In this document: one piece after another, positions 1 through 7,528 of the stretch
Numbering within the stretch: the first letter of the stretch is position 1
How the letters are laid out: every line of letters starts with the position of its first letter
Source: a virus
Lineage: Duplodnaviria > Caudoviricetes
DNA: 39,456 nucleotides
Reading direction: 5' to 3' (one strand)
Virus record (IMG/VR): IMGVR_UViG_3300020045_004814
Location: 1 to 39,456 of that record
The notes under the pieces: generated by a model
The model's database searches: none
Told to the model about the DNA's origin: nothing
The model's input: only the letters and a program-made list of their open reading frames with translations
Made by a program: the position numbers and the translations under genes

Positions 1-121
1 ATCTAAACTTTGTCGTAATAGTTCTTTTAGTAATTTTTAGAATCATACCCTCACCCTTTGTTGGAGAATTAATAATCATACCCTCTTCTAAATCAGTTAT
101 TTTCATAATTTCTATTTTTTA
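1..121. repeat. Direct terminal repeat copy 1 (probable assembly overlap of a circular contig)
   Basis: Identical to 39336-39456; cuts through a small ORF. Confidence 0.95.
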
Positions 122-136
122 ATGATTAAACATATG

Positions 137-144
137 CAAATATA
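137..144 (-). promoter_or_regulatory. Bacteroidota -7 promoter box TATATTTG for the early operon, which continues across the circular junction
   Basis: Matches TAnnTTTG about 30 nt upstream of the ATG at 106 (=39441), just downstream of a terminator. Confidence 0.7.
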
Positions 145-202
145 ATACTATTATTTTAATACACAACAATTAATTGTAGTTTATTAATTATTTATAATCA
201 TT

Positions 203-235
203 AAAAATAAAAGCGATTCATTTCTGAACCGCCTT
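203..235 (-). terminator. Intrinsic terminator after the spanin gene
   Basis: Minus strand GCGGTTCA-GAAA-TGAATCGC followed by TTTTATTTTT. Confidence 0.8.
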
Positions 236-238
236 ATG

Positions 239-790
239 TTATATTACGTTGTGTTTCTTCAATTCCCTATACCCAAACCAAATCGGAATAAGTAATAAAA
301 ACCATAATAACCACCACCAACTAAGAGAAAATCGCTCGGTTTGTTTTTGATTACTTTTATTGGTTAACTCTAAATTCTGTTTAGATAGCGTTTCGTTTAT
401 TTTTAAAGCAGTTTCTAAGTCTTTATTTAATAATTCATACTTAGACAACGATACCGTTTTTTCTTTGCTTAAATCTGTTTTTTTCTCATTACGGTATTTT
501 GCATTTGTAATATCAATAATTTGACCGTTTGGCAATTTAATAGATGCTGGCTTTGTGTTATCTTGTGGAGTGATTTCTGTAATATCAGTAAATACATTGG
601 TTTCCTTATCGATTTCAGTCTTAGTAGTTTCTTTAATATTGGTGTCGGACTCTTTTTGGGTTGTTTCCGTTTCCTTTACAACCGTTTCCGTTTCTACTTT
701 AACTTTCTCTTCGGTTTTGGTAACGTTTGTTTTGCGTGTGCCGCAACTTACTATCATTAATGATAGGATTAGTATTTTAATTGTTTTCAT
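239..790 (-). CDS. Probable unimolecular spanin (u-spanin)
   Basis: N-terminal lipoprotein signal (LMIVS-C), Thr/Glu/Lys-rich middle, C-terminal transmembrane helix (WWWLLWFLLLIPIWFGY) with basic tail. Confidence 0.7.
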   Translation of the reverse strand: MKTIKILILSLMIVSCGTRKTNVTKTEEKVKVETETVVKETETTQKESDTNIKETTKTEIDKETNVFTDITEITPQDNTKPASIKLPNGQIIDITNAKYRNEKKTDLSKEKTVSLSKYELLNKDLETALKINETLSKQNLELTNKSNQKQTERFSLSWWWLLWFLLLIPIWFGYRELKKHNVI

Positions 791-970
791 TGTATATTGT
801 TTTTATAGTTTGTAATTAATTCTGAATATTCCCTTTCTATTTTCTCCTTGACTGCATCTCTTATAAATTTTGAAACATTAATTTTATACAACTTCATTTT
901 TTTAAGCATATTATCTTGAACTTCTTAAAATCTTGTAGTTCGTGGTTTTGTATATTTTAGGCTTTGGCAT
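787..970 (-). pseudogene. Degraded small ribbon-helix-helix-like DNA-binding gene
   Basis: MPKPKIY, then a frameshift into KPRTTRF*EVQDNMLKKMKLYKINVSKFIRDAVKEKIEREYSELI; one frameshift and one in-frame TAA; VSKFIRDAV resembles an RHH helix. Confidence 0.55.
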
Positions 971-1024
971 AGATAAGTAATACTTTTATAGGTGTTAGCG
1001 ATTAGTTATAGTCAATGTCTACTT

Positions 1025-1330
1025 TTACGTTAGCAAGAAAATTTTAAATTCCAACAAACGTTGCTGAGCCTCTTCAAGTGTATGAAAAGAGCCTAATCCA
1101 AAAGTTTTATCCTTAAATTTAAAAGCCACATAAAATAATTCGTTTTTTTTATTATATGAAATATATTTAGGGATTAGTTCAGAATTTTCAGAATAAAATT
1201 TTTTATTAAATTCAGAATAAATTTTATAATCTTCTTTTTCTAAACCTGTGCTTTTTTGAATTGAAAGATTGATTCTTCTTGTACGGTCATAAAATCGTAT
1301 ATAACCATTTGAACTTACTTTTACTTTCAT
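1025..1330 (-). CDS. Protein with a C-terminal AP2-like DNA-binding domain
   Basis: KYISYNKKNELFYVAFKFKDKTFGLGSFHTLEEA resembles the AP2 domain found on phage HNH-AP2 proteins; no HNH motif seen. Confidence 0.55.
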   Translation of the reverse strand: MKVKVSSNGYIRFYDRTRRINLSIQKSTGLEKEDYKIYSEFNKKFYSENSELIPKYISYNKKNELFYVAFKFKDKTFGLGSFHTLEEAQQRLLEFKIFLLT

Positions 1331-1459
1331 AATTAATAATTATTTTTCATTTTATTTTTATTACTTATTTTATCCTCAACAAAATTTTCATTTCTTTTAA
1401 AATCCTTAAATGATAACTTCATTAATGCCTTAGTACATAATTTAGTAGTTTTAATCATT

Positions 1460-1660
1460 TCATCTATTTCCATTTTTATTTATTTTTAAAGTATCTCCAA
1501 CTTTGTAATTTATATTAGTAATAATCATATAAGTATTAGTTCTAACTTCAAAACTTTTATCTGACTTTTGCTCTACAGAAATTACTACATCCTCTTCTTT
1601 AGGAATTTTAACACACCCTATCAATAAAAGTGCGGTTAATAATGTGATTGTTTTTTTCAT
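1460..1660 (-). CDS. Small lipoprotein
   Basis: MKK, hydrophobic core, LLIG-C lipobox; 66 aa. Confidence 0.65.
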   Translation of the reverse strand: MKKTITLLTALLLIGCVKIPKEEDVVISVEQKSDKSFEVRTNTYMIITNINYKVGDTLKINKNGNR

Positions 1661-1863
1661 GGTTTATTATATATTATTTTACAATTAGTGATAACAGCAT
1701 TTTTATTTGTTGTTTTTTCTATTTCAATTCTTTGATCCTGTATCCATTTTTTAAATACTTCTAAAACATCATTTTTATTTTCTATAGTACATATACTACA
1801 ACGATCATGTTTACTATTTGATGTTTCATAATTTGCAAAGAAAAATACTCTAATTTCTTCCAT
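1657..1863 (-). CDS. Hypothetical protein
   Basis: Stop overlaps the next start (ATGA) in a tightly packed operon. Confidence 0.65.
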   Translation of the reverse strand: MEEIRVFFFANYETSNSKHDRCSICTIENKNDVLEVFKKWIQDQRIEIEKTTNKNAVITNCKIIYNKP

Positions 1864-1867
1864 ATAT

Positions 1868-1996
1868 TTACTTATTTTTCTCGTTATAAATCTTAATCCA
1901 TACCTCTCTCAAAGAGTTGCTTATTTGTGATAATTGCATTGGGTTTTGTCGCCCTTTGTTTACGCTGTCGTAAATGAATCTGTCAAGTGGTTTCAT
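1868..1996 (-). CDS. Small hypothetical protein (42 aa, MKPLDRFIYDSV...)
   Basis: Hand-translated; fills the gap and overlaps the upstream stop (ATGA). Confidence 0.5.
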   Translation of the reverse strand: MKPLDRFIYDSVNKGRQNPMQLSQISNSLREVWIKIYNEKNK

Positions 1997-2304
1997 AATT
2001 GGTTATTGTATTTGTGGCTAAGTTCAATTACATTTAATCTATCAATTTCAGAAGCAATTAAAGCTCCTGCAATAATTAATCTTTCTTTATAAGGTCTTTT
2101 GCATAAATTAGAAAACCATTCTACATTCCAATTAAATGGAACAATACATGATTTAATTTCTTTCATTGACAAAGTATTTGAAGCTTCAATCAGTTGGTCT
2201 TTATCATACAATTCAGGATTATTAAAATGATGCGCTCCTGTAAATCCGTGTTTTGAGATTTGTTTTTCTCTTTCTTCTGTAATTAATTTTACTCCTGTTT
2301 TCAT
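1993..2304 (-). CDS. Conserved phage hypothetical protein
   Basis: ER-KQ-KHG...LIIAGALIASEIDRL pattern is typical of a widespread phage family of unknown function. Confidence 0.75.
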   Translation of the reverse strand: MKTGVKLITEEREKQISKHGFTGAHHFNNPELYDKDQLIEASNTLSMKEIKSCIVPFNWNVEWFSNLCKRPYKERLIIAGALIASEIDRLNVIELSHKYNNQL

Positions 2305-2306
2305 AT

Positions 2307-2570
2307 TTAGTTATTGTATTTAGTGTTGTAGTAGTCTTGACCATCTGAATATGTAGGATGAATTGTTTCTTCATCAACCTTTCCTTGTTCATAAGAATTC
2401 TCAATGACTTGTTTTTCTTTTGGTAAATGACTTTCTGCATTTTCAATACATCCGTAAATTGTTTCAGTAATGGTTTCTTCTAAATCTTTGTCTAATTTTT
2501 TATCCAATACAAAATTTTTAATTTTTTGCAAGTCTAAAATATGTAACTGCATTGGTGTAAGTTCTTTCAT
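2307..2570 (-). CDS. Hypothetical protein
   Basis: Operon spacing; KEKQVIENSYEQG...DYYN C-terminal pattern. Confidence 0.7.
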   Translation of the reverse strand: MKELTPMQLHILDLQKIKNFVLDKKLDKDLEETITETIYGCIENAESHLPKEKQVIENSYEQGKVDEETIHPTYSDGQDYYNTKYNN

Positions 2571-2573
2571 AAT

Positions 2574-2954
2574 TTAATAAATTGGCGGTTGTGGTTTAAT
2601 TATTGGTTGGTAGTGGGTTGGGAATCTTAAATTATCAGAATCATATACGCAACTCCATTCGTTAAACTCTTTACTAAAATTTATCCTGCCTATATATTCT
2701 TCATTAATACAAGCTTCATAAACCCCTGATTCTTTCGGCAAATCCGCTTCACTTTCAATCTTAACCCAACCATTGTTGTTTTCTATTCCTTGAAGTGATT
2801 TAGGTCTTTGAAATTTTCCTTTAAAATCTATTTCAATAACATCAAAAAGAGGGATTAAACTTATTTTTTTTACCCATCCATTTTCATCTACAAAATCTTT
2901 AAAATTTTCCCAATGTTCTCCGTATGCTTCCTGTATTGCTAATTGATTTTTCAT
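2574..2954 (-). CDS. Hypothetical protein with DUF551-like C-terminus
   Basis: W-K-ESEADLP...THYQPI-KPQPP motif. Confidence 0.65.
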   Translation of the reverse strand: MKNQLAIQEAYGEHWENFKDFVDENGWVKKISLIPLFDVIEIDFKGKFQRPKSLQGIENNNGWVKIESEADLPKESGVYEACINEEYIGRINFSKEFNEWSCVYDSDNLRFPTHYQPIIKPQPPIY

Positions 2955-3027
2955 AGTTTATATTTTAGTTTTATTTGTTCTGTTATTTCGAGGTAGTTTC
3001 ACATACTCCGATAATTTTTTCATTTGG

Positions 3028-3282
3028 TTAGGGGTTTATTTTATCTAAATTTTGATTATAAAATTCACAATATTTTTCATTGTATCTTTCTATCTTACTT
3101 TTTTCTTCTAATTCACGTAATTTGCCAATTGAAGTTATTTTTTCTTCTCCATCCATTTCCATAAATTGGTCGAAAAACTCTAGTTTCAAAACTTCTATTA
3201 TCATTCGGTAATCTGAATATCCAAATCTTTTAATTAAGTAATTGTCAAAATCTATTTCGCATTGGCCATTTAATAAACTCAT
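3028..3282 (-). CDS. Hypothetical protein
   Basis: ORF in a same-strand small-gene block. Confidence 0.6.
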   Translation of the reverse strand: MSLLNGQCEIDFDNYLIKRFGYSDYRMIIEVLKLEFFDQFMEMDGEEKITSIGKLRELEEKSKIERYNEKYCEFYNQNLDKINP

Positions 3283-3321
3283 AATCTCTCTATTTTAAAT
3301 CTTGCTTATCTGCAAGGGTGG

Positions 3322-3543
3322 TTAATTGTAATATTTCTCTTTAAAGATTTGTAGTAGTTCGGTTGTATTATCTTTTGTTTGATATATTTCATTTTTTTCC
3401 ATCATCCATAAATAAAACTTAATCATAGCGTCATCTGTTATTTGTTCTATCTGCTCCGAAATTAATTCGCACTTTTCAGATAGATTATTTTCAATAGCTA
3501 TTTCGGCTAATTCGTTATCAAACTTCTCTCTTAACTTACTCAT
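3322..3543 (-). CDS. Hypothetical protein (probable start MSKLREKF)
   Basis: The ATG at 3543 couples to the upstream stop at 3536. Confidence 0.6.
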   Translation of the reverse strand: MSKLREKFDNELAEIAIENNLSEKCELISEQIEQITDDAMIKFYLWMMEKNEIYQTKDNTTELLQIFKEKYYN

Positions 3544-3736
3544 TGTCTTTGTTTTTAAATAATTTATCATTGCAGCATCCGTTTAAACAAGAAATACCAC
3601 TTCCGCCATTATCATATTTAACATAGATATTGTAGATGTTTTCAATTCTTGTAATCTCTCCTTTATCTCCATCTTCATCAATGACTTTTTGTCCTACGAA
3701 AATATCGGTAAATTTTAGTTCGATTAACTTACTCAT
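3536..3736 (-). CDS. Hypothetical small beta-rich protein
   Basis: VGQKVIDEDGDKGEI pattern; 8 nt overlap with the upstream gene. Confidence 0.6.
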   Translation of the reverse strand: MSKLIELKFTDIFVGQKVIDEDGDKGEITRIENIYNIYVKYDNGGSGISCLNGCCNDKLFKNKDNE

Positions 3737-4070
3737 TTTTTTTTACTTTTTTGATTAGTTGTTTAGCTTTGTAACAAACTTGAAATTCATATTCTGTTGC
3801 GTTTTCTCTATCAAATTCTTGAACCATTACTTCCAACATCGCCAACATTTCATTTCTCTGATCCAACAACTCCGATAACTCGCAATTGATTTGCTGACGA
3901 ACTTTAAAAGCGTCAACTATTAGATTGGCGTTGGCTTCTGTATCATTATCAACATCATCATTCCATAATGTAGCAATACTTTTATTACCATTATTAGCAG
4001 TTATTAATAAGCCTACTTCGTTATTGATAAGTATTCCAACTTCCCCTCTCGTTCCTTTAAATCCGCTCAT
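3729..4070 (-). CDS. Conserved phage hypothetical protein
   Basis: FKGT-G...EANANLI pattern common in phage early regions. Confidence 0.7.
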   Translation of the reverse strand: MSGFKGTRGEVGILINNEVGLLITANNGNKSIATLWNDDVDNDTEANANLIVDAFKVRQQINCELSELLDQRNEMLAMLEVMVQEFDRENATEYEFQVCYKAKQLIKKVKKNE

Positions 4071-4225
4071 AATTTTTCTTTTAATAGTTTAGTGAATTGT
4101 TTAATAATTTCTCCTGTTGAGGCATTGGGTTCTATACGAAAGGAAAAGTTAATAGAGGCGTTTTGAAACGGCTTTACTATAACTGTAACCTTAGTATTCG
4201 GATTTGGTTTACGACCTGTTCTCAT
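4067..4225 (-). CDS. Small basic protein, possibly DNA-binding (52 aa, MRTGRKPNPNTK...)
   Basis: Hand-translated; first ORF after the promoter at 4295-4302; ATGA overlap with the next gene. Confidence 0.55.
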   Translation of the reverse strand: MRTGRKPNPNTKVTVIVKPFQNASINFSFRIEPNASTGEIIKQFTKLLKEKL

Positions 4226-4236
4226 ATTCGTATTTC

Positions 4237-4285
4237 AGTTTTTAGTTTTTAGTTTTTAGTTTTTAGTTTTTAGTTTTTAGTTTTT
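4237..4285. repeat. Perfect tandem repeat (AGTTTTT)x7
   Basis: Seven exact heptamer copies between a promoter box and an ATG. Confidence 0.95.
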
Positions 4286-4294
4286 AAGATTAAG

Positions 4295-4302
4295 CAAATA
4301 TA
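4295..4302 (-). promoter_or_regulatory. Bacteroidota -7 box TATATTTG driving the accessory small-gene block
   Basis: TAnnTTTG match downstream of the lysin terminator. Confidence 0.7.
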
Positions 4303-4350
4303 CAACCTTTTTTCGATATACAATATATAGAAACGTTAAATTTTACAAAT

Positions 4351-4379
4351 AAAAAAACCACCTCGTTATGAAGTGGTTT
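4351..4379 (-). terminator. Intrinsic terminator after the endolysin
   Basis: Minus strand AAACCACTTC-ATAAC-GAGGTGGTTT followed by a T run. Confidence 0.75.
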
Positions 4380-4399
4380 AAAAATATAAACTTAAATAA

Positions 4400-4831
4400 T
4401 TATGAAAAGTACTGCTCAACCTCTGATTTTCTACGTCCTACTAATTCTGGGTTTTTAGTCCACATCATAAACGCTTTAGCTATTTTTGGATCGTTAGGAT
4501 TTATATTAACCAATCTCAATACTGTACTATTTTTAAATCCGTTTAATCCTATATTATACGCAAGCGATACGAGTGCGTTATGTTGGTTTTGATTTACGTT
4601 TGATTTTACCAATAAATCAACCTCTTTAGAAAATTTATCTGCAGTTATTTTACCTAGTACCTTAGCTTCCGACAAAGTCAAAGTTTTATCTTGCATGGTT
4701 ACTTTTTTACCATCTAAATAATAGGTGTTGCCCATTGCGATAGTAGGTATTTTTTGCGTATCTAAATAAGGCTTTAATCTTAAACCCTCTCTTTGATGTA
4801 ATGCCTTATAACCTGATTCGTTTAGTTTCAT
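4400..4831 (-). CDS. Endolysin, GH24 phage lysozyme
   Basis: REGLRLKPYLDTQKIPTIAMG carries the E-x8-D-x5-T catalytic triad; also ALVSLAYNIG and L--RR--E motifs. Confidence 0.92.
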   Translation of the reverse strand: MKLNESGYKALHQREGLRLKPYLDTQKIPTIAMGNTYYLDGKKVTMQDKTLTLSEAKVLGKITADKFSKEVDLLVKSNVNQNQHNALVSLAYNIGLNGFKNSTVLRLVNINPNDPKIAKAFMMWTKNPELVGRRKSEVEQYFS

Positions 4832-4836
4832 ATTAT

Positions 4837-5172
4837 TTATCCTTTATGTTCAAAAAATACTTTAGCTATAACGCTTATTAATGCCCCTACTGACAAAAAC
4901 AAAACAACCCCAATAAGTTTAAAATATACTTTGTGTTCAATTAATATATCTTCTTGCAAATCTTGTTTTAATGTTACTTTCCTAACTTCGTGAACAAGTC
5001 CTGTATCCCCATTCATAGGATTTCCAATAATAGCATTTTTAATATCGGTTACGTCTTTAGAAGTTTGTAATCCAATACCTCTAACCTCATTTAAATGACG
5101 ACCTGTAGTTTCTTCATTATATTCTAATCGTAACAATCGTCCGTCAACTGTTGTAGGTTTTTTATCTGTCAT
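4837..5172 (-). CDS. Membrane-anchored protein, holin/antiholin candidate
   Basis: Helical N-terminal part plus one C-terminal TM helix; directly upstream of the lysin. Confidence 0.55.
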   Translation of the reverse strand: MTDKKPTTVDGRLLRLEYNEETTGRHLNEVRGIGLQTSKDVTDIKNAIIGNPMNGDTGLVHEVRKVTLKQDLQEDILIEHKVYFKLIGVVLFLSVGALISVIAKVFFEHKG

Positions 5173-5177
5173 TTCTA

Positions 5178-5495
5178 TTAATTCTTATTTTCTTTATAAC
5201 AAAAATACAAAGTAATTGCTAAAATCAAAGTATAAAGTATATAATATGTTTGGTTATTTAATTCGTAACGATAATATAAAAAATGTAATGTTATTACGGA
5301 AATTATACCACGTATGCATATTAAAGATGTATTTCTATAATCTCGGTAATAAATGAAATAATGAAATAATGAAATTACCACAATCACAGTATCTATTAAG
5401 TCTATTATTTCAGCATAATTATAATACCAATCAGTATTTACAAATATTAAAAATAACAACCAATAACCTATTATTAATTGTGGTAATTTTTTCAT
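5178..5495 (-). CDS. Multi-pass membrane protein
   Basis: About four hydrophobic segments in 105 aa. Confidence 0.6.
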   Translation of the reverse strand: MKKLPQLIIGYWLLFLIFVNTDWYYNYAEIIDLIDTVIVVISLFHYFIYYRDYRNTSLICIRGIISVITLHFLYYRYELNNQTYYILYTLILAITLYFCYKENKN

Positions 5496-5630
5496 TTACT
5501 TACGAGGTTTCTTAGGAGTCCCAATTTTATTACCATCTGAATCGATTTCGTATAATTCCGTAATCGTCAATCCTACCTGAGCTAAAAGTGCCTGGCACTC
5601 TGCTACTCTTTCTTCTTGTAATTCTGTCAT
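5496..5630 (-). CDS. Small hypothetical protein (44 aa, MTELQEERVAEC...)
   Basis: Hand-translated; exactly fills the gap between its neighbours. Confidence 0.55.
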   Translation of the reverse strand: MTELQEERVAECQALLAQVGLTITELYEIDSDGNKIGTPKKPRK

Positions 5631-5905
5631 TATTCCTCTGTTTTATCGGTTACTATATTTTCAATCGTTTTAAGCTCTTGTTTTTTTGAATATGCATTGA
5701 TACCGGCTAATGTAAGTATAAATATCAATAAAGACGTAAAAACCTGTATAGCATAAACGTTTACTGTTTTCAATCCTAACAATCTATCTGAAATTACAAT
5801 ATAGATTCCTAAACTCATAGTTATAGGAAATGAAATAGCAATTAAAACTCTTTTCATTGAGTACTTTCCTCGTATCTTTAATGTATCTTCAATAAATTGT
5901 TTCAT
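5630..5905 (-). CDS. Holin candidate (2 TM)
   Basis: GKYSMKR followed by two TM helices and a charged C-terminus; near the lysin. Confidence 0.55.
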   Translation of the reverse strand: MKQFIEDTLKIRGKYSMKRVLIAISFPITMSLGIYIVISDRLLGLKTVNVYAIQVFTSLLIFILTLAGINAYSKKQELKTIENIVTDKTEE

Positions 5906-5908
5906 ATC

Positions 5909-6385
5909 TTAAAATTTATAATGTATTCCTAAATAATTACTGAATTTATAATTTTTACCTCCATACAATGCGTCTAAATCGGTTCTGTGTGATAGGTTAT
6001 TTGTCAGTACAATTCCTAAATTATCATTTACCCAATAAATAACATCGTTATTCATACCCACAGTCCAATAATTCATTTTGTAACGTTCAATCCAACCCGC
6101 TTCAATTGTAGTTTGCAATTCCAGAATATCCCCACGAAATACGTACCCTATTTCAAAAGCATACTTATTAAAGTCTATGGCATTGAATTTTTCAATTACA
6201 CCGCCAATCTTTACGTTTTTAATTGCTCCAGCATAACTAATAGCTCCAAATCTAAATAATGCGTCAATCTCTGGGTTGTTATTTGTCGGATCGCTCCCTA
6301 TAATAGCATTACGTCCATCAATTCCAACTGATAAATAAGGTTGTGCAAATCCTATGCTGCACAATAATAATAATAAATATTTCAT
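5909..6385 (-). CDS. Small outer-membrane beta-barrel protein
   Basis: Cleavable signal peptide (…GFA-Q), alternating aromatic/Gly strands, terminal LGIHYKF resembling a BAM beta-signal. Confidence 0.65.
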   Translation of the reverse strand: MKYLLLLLCSIGFAQPYLSVGIDGRNAIIGSDPTNNNPEIDALFRFGAISYAGAIKNVKIGGVIEKFNAIDFNKYAFEIGYVFRGDILELQTTIEAGWIERYKMNYWTVGMNNDVIYWVNDNLGIVLTNNLSHRTDLDALYGGKNYKFSNYLGIHYKF

Positions 6386-6406
6386 GATATTGGTTTTAAG
6401 TTATTA

Positions 6407-6414
6407 CAAATATA
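6407..6414 (-). promoter_or_regulatory. -7 box TATATTTG upstream of the OMP gene
   Basis: TAnnTTTG match in a 36 nt intergenic gap. Confidence 0.6.
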
Positions 6415-6421
6415 ACTATTA

Positions 6422-7528
6422 TTATGCCACTTTTTCAAATGTATATAGAATTGATATGTTTGCCAATGCTGCTGCGCCATGATATGAAACGGCATGCGTT
6501 ATAACTGTATTTGGCAATAGGTCAGGCTGTGTTCCTACAACGAAATCTATAACGGTCATAGTAGACGCCCCAACTGCCGAAACTCCATTATTAGGGCGTG
6601 AACTCATCAATGTCTGTTGGTTTGTATTTCCTGAAAGATTGGCTTCAAACGCAAAAACCCTCAATTCAAAATCCCTAGATGCATTATTTGAATTAGTGAC
6701 TAGCATTGTAGCGGACTTCATTTTACATTTATATGGCACACAATGACCTACAGATGTACCAGTAGCCGTTGGGTTTGCCCCTATATTATTTTGTAGTGCA
6801 TTATTCCATCCAAAACCAGAGGGTTGGGTGTAAAATACGCCCTGAACGTTGAACAAACTTCTGTCTGTATTGTAGTATTCTGAAGCATCCCAACTAATTG
6901 TAAAGGTTTCTGCACCTCCGCCACCGACAATTAGATTTCCACTACCTAGTATCGAAGTTCCGTTTATAGTTTTAATATTTGTTCCGCTAACTAAAACAGC
7001 CTGGTAAATAAAGTCTGCTTTTGATTTGATATAATTCCAAACATTTAACCAAGTTACTTTTTTAGCCTTGTTACTATCGGCACTATCAACTAAATTAGTT
7101 GAATCCGCATCGACTAAAGCAGTTTTAGCGGTTAATCCGTTAGTGAATGAGCCGAAATTAACATCTGTTAGAGTTGCTTGTTTACCGTTTAAAGCATTAT
7201 TCAAATCAGTTTGAGCCGATAAAGTTCCAGAAATAGAACCCCAAGCAGTAGAACCACCACCGCCAGCATTATAATAAGCTGTATATCCAACCGCCTCTAA
7301 TCTTGTGCGTAATTCAGCAGTACTTGAAAAGGTTTCATCTCCACTCCCAGCATCTAAAATAATATCAGTTACATCAACACCATAAGCGGGTATATTAGCC
7401 CCGTTTAAGGCTTGTATAGTAAATGTTCCAGTATTCATTATTACCTCAAAATCGGATAAGTTTATATCTTTATTATCGAAATAATGTGTGAAATTATTTG
7501 TACCGTTCTTTACAATTCTAAACTCCAT
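6422..7528 (-). CDS. Tail fibre / receptor-binding protein
   Basis: Gly-rich hinges, WGSISGTLSAQTDL and SGTNIKTINGTSILGSG fibre motifs; last tail gene. Confidence 0.75.
   Translation of the reverse strand: MEFRIVKNGTNNFTHYFDNKDINLSDFEVIMNTGTFTIQALNGANIPAYGVDVTDIILDAGSGDETFSSTAELRTRLEAVGYTAYYNAGGGGSTAWGSISGTLSAQTDLNNALNGKQATLTDVNFGSFTNGLTAKTALVDADSTNLVDSADSNKAKKVTWLNVWNYIKSKADFIYQAVLVSGTNIKTINGTSILGSGNLIVGGGGAETFTISWDASEYYNTDRSLFNVQGVFYTQPSGFGWNNALQNNIGANPTATGTSVGHCVPYKCKMKSATMLVTNSNNASRDFELRVFAFEANLSGNTNQQTLMSSRPNNGVSAVGASTMTVIDFVVGTQPDLLPNTVITHAVSYHGAAALANISILYTFEKVA

Noticed and set aside
1-121. Biological terminal repeat (T7-like DTR)
   Set aside because: The short exact overlap cutting a gene is more consistent with an assembler k-mer overlap; it cannot be proven without reads.
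2222-2446. 74 aa minus-strand ORF
   Set aside because: It overlaps two better-fitting coupled genes in another frame.
4173-4183. TTTACTATAAC as the complementary partner of the GTTATAGTCAA site at 1005
   Set aside because: 10/11 match, but it is inside an ORF, the match does not extend and no palindrome follows; likely chance.
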